Assembly (NCBI GenBank): GCA_033851845.1
Contig: JAWWOH010000104.1
Coordinates: 30,922 to 94,921 of the forward strand
Direction of reading: 5' to 3'
From: Actinomycetota bacterium
GTDB taxonomy: Bacteria > Actinomycetota > Actinomycetes > Mycobacteriales > SCTD01
DNA: 64,000 bases
Shown piece after piece: positions 9,024 through 18,063 of the stretch (positions are counted from its first letter, which is position 1; every line of letters starts with the position of its first letter). Made by a program: the position numbers and the translations under genes. The notes beneath the pieces were generated by a model, which saw only the letters and a list, made by a program, of their open reading frames with translations, searched no databases and was not told the origin of the DNA.

Positions 9024-9923
9024 CTAGGTACGGGCGATGAGCAGCCCACGGCGGCGAAGAACGCGTCGCTCGAGAGGTGCGAAGACGCAGAGCTCGACGG
9101 CGATGCCGACGACGAGGATGCCGAGGATGCCGGCGAACACCCAGCTCATGTCGTTCTGGCTGCGACCGACGTCGAGGAGCTGACCCAGACCCTGCCCGAG
9201 CTCGGGAGAGTTCACGATCAGCTCGGCGGCCATCAGCGAACGCCACGAGAACGCCCAGCCCTGCCGCAGGCCTCCGACGTACCCGGGCAGGGCTGCCGGT
9301 AGCAGCACGTGGCGCGCAGAGGCCAGCCCGCGGGCGCCCAGCACCTTGCCGACGCGCTGGTACAGCGGCGGTATCTGGTCGATACCCGACACCATCCCGT
9401 TGGCGATCGAGGGTGTGGCACCGAGCAGGACGACGGCGAAGATCGCCGTGTTGCCGATGCCGAAGAAGATGATCGCGGCCGGCACCCAGGCGACCGACGG
9501 CAGGCTCTGCAGCCCCGAGACGAGCGGGCCGATCCCCCGCCGCACCGGGCGGACCCGAGCGATGAGGATCCCGAGAGGTGTCCCGATCGCGAGGGCGGCG
9601 AGGAAGCCGAGACCGCCGCGGGCCAGGCTGGTCCCCATTGCCCCGAGCAAGGTGCCGTCGCCGAGCCAGTCCCTCACGACCAGGCCCACGTCCGCCGGCG
9701 ATGGCAGGGCGTACGCCGGCTTCACGCCCGAGCGGTAGGTCAGCTCCCAGATGAGCAGCAGCAGCGCAATGGCGAGCAGCGGCGGCCAGGTGGCGGAGAT
9801 CAGCTTGCGTGGCCGGGACGGCCCCGCGTCGAGGCGTGTCTCCAGCGCGTCGAGACCCGCCTCGAGCGAGGCGAGGTCGTCGTTGCCGCCGTTCGGGTTG
9901 CCCCGCCTGTCGAGGATGCTCAT
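9024..9923 (-). CDS. ABC transporter permease (sulfonate/nitrate/taurine family)
   Basis: Starts MSILDRRGN. BPD-type permease with 6 TM helices, 1 nt after the ATPase stop. Confidence 0.85.
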   Translation of the reverse strand: MSILDRRGNPNGGNDDLASLEAGLDALETRLDAGPSRPRKLISATWPPLLAIALLLLIWELTYRSGVKPAYALPSPADVGLVVRDWLGDGTLLGAMGTSLARGGLGFLAALAIGTPLGILIARVRPVRRGIGPLVSGLQSLPSVAWVPAAIIFFGIGNTAIFAVVLLGATPSIANGMVSGIDQIPPLYQRVGKVLGARGLASARHVLLPAALPGYVGGLRQGWAFSWRSLMAAELIVNSPELGQGLGQLLDVGRSQNDMSWVFAGILGILVVGIAVELCVFAPLERRVLRRRGLLIART

Positions 9924-9924
9924 G

Positions 9925-10698
9925 TCAGTGGGCTCCGTGGCGACGGATCTCGGTGCGCAGGTCCTCGGTGATGTCGACCGAGAGCTTCGCCACCTCCGGC
10001 GACTCGATCCGCCGCGGGTGAGCGATGTCGACGGGGTACTGCTTCGCGACGCGGCCCGGCCGCGAGGACATGAGGACCACGCGATCACCCAGCCGCACCG
10101 CCTCACGGACGTTGTGCGTCACGAACAAGACCGTCAGCTGCTGTGATTCGCGCAGCCGCACCAGCTCCTCGTGCAGCACGTCACGGGTGATGGCGTCGAG
10201 CGCCGCAAACGGCTCGTCCATCAGCAGCACGTGGCTGTCCTGCGCCAGCGCCCGCGCCATCGCGACGCGCTGCCGCATGCCGCCGGACAGCTCGTGCACC
10301 CGCTTGCCGCCGGCGCCGCGCAGCCGGACGAGCTCGAGCAGCTCGTTGGCCCGGGCCTTGCGCGCGCCCTTCGCCACACCGCGCAGGCGCAGGGCCAGCT
10401 CGACGTTCTGGCCAGCGGTGAGCCACGGCAGCAGGGCCGGCTCCTGGAACATCAGCGCCGCGCGCCCACCGGGGACATGGACCGCGCCGGCAGTCGGCTG
10501 GTCGAGGCCGGCGACCAGGTTCAGCAGGGTGGACTTGCCGCACCCCGACGCGCCGAGGAGGCAGAGGAACTCCCCCTCGGCCACGTCGAGGGTGACGTCC
10601 TCGAGGACGTTGGGCCCGTCGCCGAACCGCTTGGTGATGCCACGCAGCGACACCGCTCCGGTCGAACGCGTCACGCGCGGCTCCTCGAGGACGGTCAT
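9925..10698 (-). CDS. ABC transporter ATP-binding protein (SsuB/TauB-like)
   Basis: Walker A GASGCGKST, signature LSGGMRQR, Walker B LLMDEP. Confidence 0.9.
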   Translation of the reverse strand: MTVLEEPRVTRSTGAVSLRGITKRFGDGPNVLEDVTLDVAEGEFLCLLGASGCGKSTLLNLVAGLDQPTAGAVHVPGGRAALMFQEPALLPWLTAGQNVELALRLRGVAKGARKARANELLELVRLRGAGGKRVHELSGGMRQRVAMARALAQDSHVLLMDEPFAALDAITRDVLHEELVRLRESQQLTVLFVTHNVREAVRLGDRVVLMSSRPGRVAKQYPVDIAHPRRIESPEVAKLSVDITEDLRTEIRRHGAH

Positions 10699-10699
10699 C

Positions 10700-11770
10700 T
10701 CAGCTCCCTAGTCCTGCATCGTCCACGGTCCGACCGAGCAGCTCGTCGAGCAGTCGCAGGTCGTAGATGCCCTTGAGGTCCGCCTTCTTGACCAGTCCGG
10801 TGGCGAAGGCGTTCTCGGCGCTCTGCTTGAGCGAGGACGCGATCGGGTCCTCGGTGATCGTGATGTTGGCGAACGCGCGGTCGATCGTCGCCGGCTTGAG
10901 CGCCTTGCCGGTCAGCTTCTTGAGCTGCTCGTTGACGACGGTCTTCGCGTTGTCCGGGTCGGCCGCGATCTGCTTGTTGGCCTCGATCTCGCCACGCAGC
11001 AGCGCCCGGACGGTGCCGGGGTACTTCTGCAGGAACTCCGTCCGCACGATCAGGTGCGTCGTGACGAACTTGCCCTCCGGCCACAGCGACTTCTCGTCGA
11101 CGAGGACCTTGCCGCCACCTTCGAGCACCAGCCGAGACGCCCACGGCTCGGGCACCCAGCCGCCGTCGATCTTGCCGTCCTTGAAGAGCTGCAGCGTCTG
11201 GCTGTTCTCCTCGGCGATGATCGTCGTGTCACCGGCACCGCGCAGGTCGGTCTTCAGACCGTTCTTCGCAAGGTAGGTCCGCAGCGCGATGTCCTGCGTG
11301 CCACCGGTCTGGGGAGACGCGATCTTCTTGCCCTTGAGCTGCGCGGGCGAGGTGATGTCGGGCCGTACGACGAGGGCCGCCCCGCCCGACGTGGCGCCGG
11401 CGATGATCCGGATCGCCTCGCCCTTGCTCTTCACGAAGGCGTTGATGGCGGGGTTCGGCCCGAGGTACGCCGCATCGAGAGCTCCGCCGAAGAGCGCCTC
11501 GACGGCCGCCGGTCCGGCGTTGAAGACCTGCGTCTTGAGCGTGGTGGTGCCGAGCTCCTTGGCGAAGACGCCCGCACCGACGCCGTACACCGCACTGGCG
11601 TGCGTGACGTTCGCGAAGTAGCCGAGCCGGAGCTCGGGCGCCGTCGCGGAGCCCGAAGCGGCGGCCTTGCTGGCGTCAGTCGACGCGGTGTCGTTCTTGG
11701 TCGTGGCGCAGGCCGAAATCAGCAGGAGCGCCGGAATGGACAGGGCAAGCAGTCGTGCCGTGCGGTTCAT
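10700..11770 (-). CDS. ABC substrate-binding lipoprotein (NMT1/SsuA-like)
   Basis: Signal and lipobox LLISACAT, periplasmic binding fold, 1 nt upstream of the ATPase gene. Confidence 0.85.
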   Translation of the reverse strand: MNRTARLLALSIPALLLISACATTKNDTASTDASKAAASGSATAPELRLGYFANVTHASAVYGVGAGVFAKELGTTTLKTQVFNAGPAAVEALFGGALDAAYLGPNPAINAFVKSKGEAIRIIAGATSGGAALVVRPDITSPAQLKGKKIASPQTGGTQDIALRTYLAKNGLKTDLRGAGDTTIIAEENSQTLQLFKDGKIDGGWVPEPWASRLVLEGGGKVLVDEKSLWPEGKFVTTHLIVRTEFLQKYPGTVRALLRGEIEANKQIAADPDNAKTVVNEQLKKLTGKALKPATIDRAFANITITEDPIASSLKQSAENAFATGLVKKADLKGIYDLRLLDELLGRTVDDAGLGS

Positions 11771-11922
11771 GGTTCCTTCCGGGGATGTCCCAGGAGACGT
11801 CCTGGGTTGATGTCGTTACGGGAGCGGGATGAGCGCTCCGTGACATCGCATCCCCGGCCGGCACGAGTCCTCGCACCAGCCAACCCACGGCGTGCGGGTC
11901 CAGTTCACCTGGTTGATGCTCA

Positions 11923-13167
11923 TCAGGCCACCATGCCCGCGCCAAGGGTGGTGCCGGTCGCCTCATCGAGCACGATGAACGCGCCGGTCGTCCGGTCGTC
12001 GGCGTAGGCGTCCAGGGCGAGCGGCTGTGCCGTGCGCACTGTCACGCGGCCGATGTCGTTGAGCCGGAGGGTCTCCGACGGCTCGGCCTGGAGCTGCGTG
12101 ACGTCGAGCCGGTCGTGCAGCGTCTGCACCTGCGCCTTCACGGTGCGGGTCGTCTGCTTGACCAGCACCCGCTGGCCGGGCTGCAGCGGCGCGTCCGACA
12201 TCCAGCACACCGTCGCGTCGAAGGAGCTCGTCACCGTCGGCGCCGCGTCAGCAGCAACGATCATGTCGCCGCGGCTGACGTCGAGCTCCTCGGCCAGTCG
12301 AACGGTCACGGCCTGCCCCGTCACCGCTGTGGCGAGCGAGTCCTCGAAGACGTCGATCGCCTCAACGGTCGTGCGCCGACCGGACGGCAGGACGACGACC
12401 TCGTCGCCGACGTTCAGCGTGCCGCTCGCCAGGGTGCCGGCGTACCCGCGGTAGTCGGGTCGCTCCTTGCTCATCGGGCGGATGACGTACTGCACCGGGA
12501 AGCGGGCCGGGCGCGGCTGGGCATCCTCCCGGGAGACGTGCACCTGCTCGAGGTGCTCGAGCAGGGCCGGCCCGTCGTACCACGGCATCGCGTCGCTGCG
12601 GTGGACGACGTTGTCGCCCTGGAGCGCAGCTATGGGGATCGCCGTGACGTCCGGCAGGTCGAGCTTGGCGGCGAAGGCGCGGAAGTCGCTGACGATCGCG
12701 TCGTAGGTCGCCTGGTCGAAGTCGACGAGGTCCATCTTGTTGACCGCGAGGACCAGGTGCGGCACGCGCAGCAGCGCGGACAGCGACGCGTGCCGGCGGG
12801 TCTGCTCGACGACGCCCTTGCGTGCGTCGACGAGCACCAGCGCGAGGTCGGCGGTCGACGCGCCGGTGACCATGTTGCGGGTGTACTGCACGTGCCCGGG
12901 GGTGTCCGCGACGATGAACGAGCGCACAGGAGTGGAGAAGTAGCGGTAGGCGACGTCGATCGTGATGCCCTGCTCGCGTTCGGCCCGCAGGCCGTCGGTG
13001 AGCAGCGCGAGGTTGGTGTAGTCGTCGCCGCGGTCGGCGCTGGTGCGTTCGACGGCCGCGAGCTGGTCCTGGAAGACCGACTTGCTGTCGTAGAGCAGCC
13101 GCCCGATAAGCGTCGACTTGCCGTCGTCGACGGAGCCCGCGGTCGCGAAGCGAAGAAGGTCGGCCAT
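11923..13167 (-). CDS. cysN: sulfate adenylyltransferase subunit 1 (GTPase)
   Basis: [34 protein letters not shown] motifs. The start overlaps the cysD stop. Confidence 0.95.
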   Translation of the reverse strand: MADLLRFATAGSVDDGKSTLIGRLLYDSKSVFQDQLAAVERTSADRGDDYTNLALLTDGLRAEREQGITIDVAYRYFSTPVRSFIVADTPGHVQYTRNMVTGASTADLALVLVDARKGVVEQTRRHASLSALLRVPHLVLAVNKMDLVDFDQATYDAIVSDFRAFAAKLDLPDVTAIPIAALQGDNVVHRSDAMPWYDGPALLEHLEQVHVSREDAQPRPARFPVQYVIRPMSKERPDYRGYAGTLASGTLNVGDEVVVLPSGRRTTVEAIDVFEDSLATAVTGQAVTVRLAEELDVSRGDMIVAADAAPTVTSSFDATVCWMSDAPLQPGQRVLVKQTTRTVKAQVQTLHDRLDVTQLQAEPSETLRLNDIGRVTVRTAQPLALDAYADDRTTGAFIVLDEATGTTLGAGMVA

Positions 13168-14072
13168 CAGAAGTAGCCCTCCTTCTTCCGGTCTTCCATC
13201 GCGGCCTCGCTGGTGCGGTCGTCGGCCCGGGTCGCACCACGCTCGGTGATGCGGGTGGACGCAACCTCCTCGACGACCTCCTCCGGGGTCTTTGCCGGCG
13301 ACTCCACCGCGCCGGTGCAGGACGCGTCGCCTACGGTGCGGTAGCGGACGACCTTTGTCGTCACCGGCTCGTTGGCCTTCGGCATCGAGTACGGAGTGAC
13401 ACCGAGCAGCATCCCGTCGCGCTCGAAGACCTCACGCTCGTGCGCGAAGTAGATCGACGGCACCTCGATGCGCTCCCGCGCGATGTAGCGCCAGACGTCG
13501 AGCTCGGTCCAGTTGCTCAGCGGGAAGACGCGGATGTGCTCACCCTTGACGTGCCGGCCGTTGTAGAGGTTCCAGAGCTCCGGGCGCTGGTTCTTCGGGT
13601 CCCACTGGCCGAAGGAGTCACGGAACGAGAAGAAGCGCTCTTTCGCCCGCGCCTTCTCCTCGTCACGGCGCGCACCACCGAAGACCGCGTCGTACTTGCC
13701 CTCCTCGATCCCGCGCAGCAGCGTCACTGTCTGCAGCGGGTTGCGCAGCCCACCGGGAACCTCGACGACGCGGCCGGCGTCGATGTCGTCCTGCACCTTC
13801 GCCACGACGAGCCGCGCATTCAGCTCGTCGACGCGCTTGTCGCGGAAGGCGAGCACCTCGTCGAAGTTGTGGCCGGTGTCGACGTGCATCAGCGGGAACG
13901 GGATGCGGGCCGGCCAGAACGCCTTCTCCGCCAGCCGCAGCATGACGATCGAGTCCTTGCCGCCGGAGAACAGCAGCGTCGGCCGCTCGAACTCCGCAGC
14001 CACCTCGCGCATCACATGGATGCTCTCGGCCTCGAGGACGTCGAGCTGGCTCAGCCCGGTCACGGTCGTCAC
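13167..14072 (-). CDS. cysD: sulfate adenylyltransferase subunit 2
   Basis: PAPS-reductase-like fold, LLFSGGKDS, typical CysD C-terminus ...[12 protein letters not shown] overlap with cysC. Confidence 0.95.
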   Translation of the reverse strand: MTTVTGLSQLDVLEAESIHVMREVAAEFERPTLLFSGGKDSIVMLRLAEKAFWPARIPFPLMHVDTGHNFDEVLAFRDKRVDELNARLVVAKVQDDIDAGRVVEVPGGLRNPLQTVTLLRGIEEGKYDAVFGGARRDEEKARAKERFFSFRDSFGQWDPKNQRPELWNLYNGRHVKGEHIRVFPLSNWTELDVWRYIARERIEVPSIYFAHEREVFERDGMLLGVTPYSMPKANEPVTTKVVRYRTVGDASCTGAVESPAKTPEEVVEEVASTRITERGATRADDRTSEAAMEDRKKEGYF

Positions 14073-14650
14073 AAGAGGCCTCGCGTCTTGAGCACCGCGT
14101 AGAGCTGGTCGACCGACTCGTCGAGGGTCTGCTCGTGGGTGCGGATGACCGCGGCCGGGTCGGTCGGGGCCTCGTACGGCGCATCGACGCCGGTGAGGCC
14201 GGTCATCTCGCCGGCCCGCTGCTTCGCGTAGAGCCCCTTAACGTCCCGTTCGCTGCAGACCTCGACGGGCGTCGCGACGTGGACCTCGACGAAGTCCGCG
14301 CCGCGTTCGGCGTGCAGCCGGGCCACCCCGGCTCGTGTTTCGGCGTACGGCGAGATGACGCTCGCCAGCACCAGCACGCCGTGCTTGGCCAGCGTCGCCG
14401 CCACCCAGCCGATGCGCAGCACGTTGGTGTCGCGGTCCTCCCGGCTGAAGCCCAGACCCTTGCTGAGGAACTCCCGCACCTCGTCGCCGTCGAGCAGCTC
14501 CACGCCCTCGACCCCGTCCGCCTTCAGCCGGGCGGCGAGAGCGGTGGCCAGAGTGGTCTTGCCCGCGCTCGGCAGACCGGTCAGCCACACGGTCGCGCCC
14601 GCGCCGGAGCGCGGGGGACGCGGGGGCTGCCGCTCATCGAGGGCGGTCAC
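14069..14650 (-). CDS. cysC: adenylyl-sulfate kinase
   Basis: P-loop [11 protein letters not shown] and the APS kinase fold. AAGGAG lies 7 nt before the GTG start. Confidence 0.9.
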   Translation of the reverse strand: MTALDERQPPRPPRSGAGATVWLTGLPSAGKTTLATALAARLKADGVEGVELLDGDEVREFLSKGLGFSREDRDTNVLRIGWVAATLAKHGVLVLASVISPYAETRAGVARLHAERGADFVEVHVATPVEVCSERDVKGLYAKQRAGEMTGLTGVDAPYEAPTDPAAVIRTHEQTLDESVDQLYAVLKTRGLL

Positions 14651-14781
14651 GGGAGGGCTCCTTGGTCAGGCTGCTCTGACGGGCAAGACTAGAACGTGTT
14701 CTCGTCTCGAACCAGGGCCGATCGGTCGGGGCGGCCCGGTGAGAGAGGTGTCAGAGCGCGGGACAGACCGCACTCGCGACG

Positions 14782-14927
14782 CGCTGCAGATCGACATGCA
14801 GCCGCGCGACGAGGAAGGAGCCGGTCATGGGTAGATCATCCCACACCCTCGCCGCAACCGCCGCTGGACGTAGGCTTCCCGCCATGTCCGCTGTCCTCAC
14901 CAGCCGCCTGCATGTCGATCTGCAGCG
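14782..14927. repeat. perfect 20-bp inverted repeat with 106-nt spacer
   Basis: CGCTGCAGATCGACATGCAG (14782-14801) is the exact reverse complement of CTGCATGTCGATCTGCAGCG (14908-14927). Checked base by base. Confidence 0.95.
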
Positions 14928-14958
14928 GGTGAGCAGCGCGATCTGTTCCCTGGGCTGA
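14827..14958 (+). CDS. possible 43-codon leader ORF upstream of sulfite reductase
   Basis: GAGGAAGGAG lies 6 nt before the ATG. The ORF starts in the loop of the 20-bp repeat and reads through its 3' arm. About a quarter of the codons end in A/T, which argues against a conserved protein. Confidence 0.25.
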   Translation: MGRSSHTLAATAAGRRLPAMSAVLTSRLHVDLQRVSSAICSLG

Positions 14959-14999
14959 GCAGTAAGTCCCCCCGTCGTACCAATCCCCAGGGAGTCCGG

Positions 15000-16631
15000 A
15001 TGCCCGCCGCGCGCGGACAGGGCCAGTGGGCGCTCGGCTACCGAGAGCCGCTGAACGCCAACGAGCAGTCCAAGAAGGACAGCTCGCCGCTGACCGTGAA
15101 GCAGCGCATCCTCGACATCTACTCGCAGCGTGGCTTCGACTCGATCGACGGCGGCGACCTGCGCGGCCGGTTCCGCTGGTACGGGCTTTACACGCAGCGG
15201 GCAGAGGGCATCGCCGGCGGCAAGACCGCCATCCTCGAGCCGGAGGAGCTCGAGGCGCCGTTCTTCATGCTGCGCGTCCGCATCGACGGCGGGCAGCTGA
15301 CGAACGAGCAGTTGCGGGTCATCGGGGAGATCTCCACTGAGTTCGGCCGCGACGTCGCCGACATCACCGACCGGCAGAACATCCAGCTGCACTGGATCCG
15401 GATTGAAGACATGCCGGTTATCTGGGAGCGCCTCGATGCGGTCGGGCTCTCGACGACGGAAGCCTGCGGCGACTGCCCGCGCGTCATCATCGGGTGCCCG
15501 CTGTCCGGCGTCGCCGCGGACGAGGTGATCGACGCGTCAGCCGCCTTGCGGGACGTGGCGAAGCGGTACATCGGCGACCCCGCCTTCGCCAACCTGCCGC
15601 GGAAGTTCAAGACCTCCATCAGCGGCTGCGTGCATCACTGCACGAACCACGAGATCAACGACGTCGCGTTCGTCGGTGTTGTCCACCCGGAGCTCGGTGC
15701 CGGCTACGACCTCTGGGTGGGCGGCGGGCTCTCGACGAACCCGAAGCTGGGGGTGCGGCTGGGCGCCTTCGTCGAGCCCGACCAGGTTGCGGATGTGTGG
15801 GCGGGCGTCACCGGGATCTTCCGCGACTACGGCTACCGGCGCTCGCGCATGCACGCGCGGCTGAAGTTCCTCATGGCCGACTGGGGTCCGGTGGTGTTCC
15901 GGGAGAAGCTCGAGTCGGCGGAGTACCTCGGCCGCGCGCTGCCCGACGGGCCCGAGCCGACACCGACCGACGACCGCGACCACGTCGGGGTCCATGCGCA
16001 GAACGACGGCAAGGTGTACATCGGCACGGTGACCCGGGCCGGGCGGACGAGCGGCCGGCAGCTGCAGACCGTCGCCGCACTCGCCGCGTCGTACGGCTCA
16101 GGACTGGTGTCGACCACAGCACAACAGGGACTGGTCGTGCTCGGCGTACCGGCTGCCGATGCCGAGACCGTCGTGGCGGCGCTCGAGGCAGAGGACCTGC
16201 GGGCGCGGCCGTCGCGGTTCCGGCGCGGGACGCTCGCCTGCACCGGGCTGGAGTTCTGCAAGCTGGCGATCGTCGAGACCAAGGCGCGCTCGGTCGACCT
16301 CTACACCGAGCTCGAGAAGCGACTGCCCGACTTCGACGAGCCGCTCACGATCAACGTCAACGGCTGTCCCAACTCGTGTGCGCGCTTCCAGACCGGCGAC
16401 ATCGGGCTCAAGGGCTCCATCGTCGACGGTGTGGAGGGGTTCCAGATCCACCTCGGCGGTTCGCTCGGCACCGACTCGGGCTTCGGGCGCAAGTCGCGCG
16501 GACTCAAGGTGACCGCGGACAACACGGTCGACTACGTCGAGAAGCTCCTGCGCACCTACCTCGAGCACCGGCTGCCCGGCGAGCGCTTCGCGACCTGGGC
16601 TCGGCGCGCCGACGAGGAGCTCCTGCGTTGA
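15000..16631 (+). CDS. sirA: ferredoxin-dependent sulfite reductase (NirA/SirA, siroheme-4Fe4S)
   Basis: 543 aa with two nitrite/sulfite reductase repeats and the Cys cluster ACTGLEFCKLA ... NGCPNSCA. Confidence 0.9.
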   Translation: MPAARGQGQWALGYREPLNANEQSKKDSSPLTVKQRILDIYSQRGFDSIDGGDLRGRFRWYGLYTQRAEGIAGGKTAILEPEELEAPFFMLRVRIDGGQLTNEQLRVIGEISTEFGRDVADITDRQNIQLHWIRIEDMPVIWERLDAVGLSTTEACGDCPRVIIGCPLSGVAADEVIDASAALRDVAKRYIGDPAFANLPRKFKTSISGCVHHCTNHEINDVAFVGVVHPELGAGYDLWVGGGLSTNPKLGVRLGAFVEPDQVADVWAGVTGIFRDYGYRRSRMHARLKFLMADWGPVVFREKLESAEYLGRALPDGPEPTPTDDRDHVGVHAQNDGKVYIGTVTRAGRTSGRQLQTVAALAASYGSGLVSTTAQQGLVVLGVPAADAETVVAALEAEDLRARPSRFRRGTLACTGLEFCKLAIVETKARSVDLYTELEKRLPDFDEPLTINVNGCPNSCARFQTGDIGLKGSIVDGVEGFQIHLGGSLGTDSGFGRKSRGLKVTADNTVDYVEKLLRTYLEHRLPGERFATWARRADEELLR

Positions 16632-16659
16632 CCTCTCGCTTCAAGGGCGGGGCTGTGGC

Positions 16660-16824
16660 GTGACGGAACGGGCGGCGCCGATGTTCTGCCCGTACTGCGG
16701 CGAGGAGCAGCTTCGGCCGTGGGGCGACGACCCTGACAAGGGCCACGGCGACTGGCGGTGCGAGGACTGCACCCGCGTCTTCACGCTCCGCTACAAGGGC
16801 ATCAGCGGCACCGATGACAGCTGA
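16660..16824 (+). CDS. small zinc-ribbon protein (positional equivalent of CysX)
   Basis: Not in the ORF track (54 codons). VTERAAPMFCPYCGEEQLRPWGDDPDKGHGDWRCEDCTRVFTLRYKGISGTDDS has CxxC...CxxC. G/C-ending codons. ATG at 16681 is the alternative start. Confidence 0.6.
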   Translation: MTERAAPMFCPYCGEEQLRPWGDDPDKGHGDWRCEDCTRVFTLRYKGISGTDDS

Positions 16825-17362
16825 GATCCGGACAGAGCGGCTGCTGATGCGGCGCTGGCGGGACGAGGACCGTGCGCCGTTCGCGGCGATGAACGCCGAC
16901 CCCGTCGTCATGGAGCACTTCCCGGGACTGCTGACCCGGGAGGAGAGCGACGCGTTCGTCGACCGGATCGAGGCGCACTTCGACGAGCACGGCTATGGGC
17001 TCTGGGTGCTCGGGGACGAGACCGGGTTCCTCGGCTTCACCGGCCTGAACTGGGCCACGTTCGATGCGGACTTCAACCCGTCACTCGAGGTCGGCTGGCG
17101 GCTCGCCAGGCATGCCTGGGGCAAGGGCTACGCGAGCGAAGCCGCCATCGAAGCGGTACGGCGGGGCTTTCAGCACGTCGACCGGATCACGAGCCTCACG
17201 TCACTGTCCAACGTCCGCTCGCAGCGCGTCATGCAGCGAATCGGGCTCCGGCACGTGCTGGACTTCGACCACCCGCGGGTCCCGGACGGGCACCCGGTGC
17301 GTCCGCACGTCCTCTACGTCGCTGACCGTCAGACGTGGATGCCGCACTCCGTCTTGGCCTGA
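16814..17362 (+). CDS. GNAT family N-acetyltransferase (RimJ/RimL-like)
   Basis: 182 aa. LRRW...D motif region and an acetyl-CoA-binding segment (HAWGKGYASEA). The ATG overlaps the small ORF by 11 nt. Confidence 0.85.
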   Translation: MTAEIRTERLLMRRWRDEDRAPFAAMNADPVVMEHFPGLLTREESDAFVDRIEAHFDEHGYGLWVLGDETGFLGFTGLNWATFDADFNPSLEVGWRLARHAWGKGYASEAAIEAVRRGFQHVDRITSLTSLSNVRSQRVMQRIGLRHVLDFDHPRVPDGHPVRPHVLYVADRQTWMPHSVLA

Positions 17363-18021
17363 CCCGACCAGCGGCCGCTGCGCGGGTCCTCCCCCGGCGC
17401 GACCCGGTGCGTGCAGGGCGCGCAGCCGATCGACGGGTATCCGTCGTACGCCAGCGGGTTGACGAGCACGCCGTGCTTCTCGACGTACGCGTCGACGTCC
17501 TCCTGCGTCCACGTCGCGATCGGGTTGACCTTCACCTTGCCGCGCTTGGGGTCCCACTCGACGACGCGGGTGTCGCGCCGGGTCACGGCCTCGTCGCGCC
17601 GTACGCCGGACCCCCAGGCGACGTACGGCTCGAGCGCCCGGGCCAGCGGCTCGACCTTGCGCATCGCGCAGCACGACGTGGGGTCGCGGTTCCACAGCTC
17701 GGGGCCGTGCTCGGCGTCCTGCTGGGCAACGGTGAGGAGCGGCAGGATGGTGCGGACGTTGACGTCGTACGACGAGGCGACCGCGTCCCGCGTGCCTATC
17801 GTCTCGGCGAAGTGGTAGCCGGTGTCGAGGAACAGGATGTCGATGCCGGGCGATACCGATGCGGCCAGATGCGCGAGCAGCCCGTCGCCCATGGACGAGG
17901 CGATCGCGAAGCGGTCACCGAACTGCTCGACAGCCCAGCGCAGGATGTCCTGCGCCGACGCCGTCTCCAGATCCTGTCCCGCCTGCTCGGCGATCTGCTG
18001 GAGCTCCACGTCATAAGTCAA
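17329..18021 (-). CDS. cysH: adenosine 5'-phosphosulfate / PAPS reductase, Fe-S type
   Basis: SCCAMRKVEPL, SIGCAPCT and C-terminal ECGIH motifs. Confidence 0.9.
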   Translation of the reverse strand: MTYDVELQQIAEQAGQDLETASAQDILRWAVEQFGDRFAIASSMGDGLLAHLAASVSPGIDILFLDTGYHFAETIGTRDAVASSYDVNVRTILPLLTVAQQDAEHGPELWNRDPTSCCAMRKVEPLARALEPYVAWGSGVRRDEAVTRRDTRVVEWDPKRGKVKVNPIATWTQEDVDAYVEKHGVLVNPLAYDGYPSIGCAPCTHRVAPGEDPRSGRWSGQAKTECGIHV

Positions 18022-18063
18022 CCTGAACGGGCGTCAGGCATTCCGCATGGCAGGCTCGATCCC

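Noticed and set aside
14823-14889. SAM-IV-like fragments (GGUCAUGG ... GCAACC ... CCAUGUCC) in the sulfite-reductase leader
   Set aside because: The candidate is only about 67 nt long and P1 has a U-U mismatch. The conserved core (GAGUGCC...GGC) and the pseudoknot partner are missing. Worth a cmsearch, but not callable by eye.
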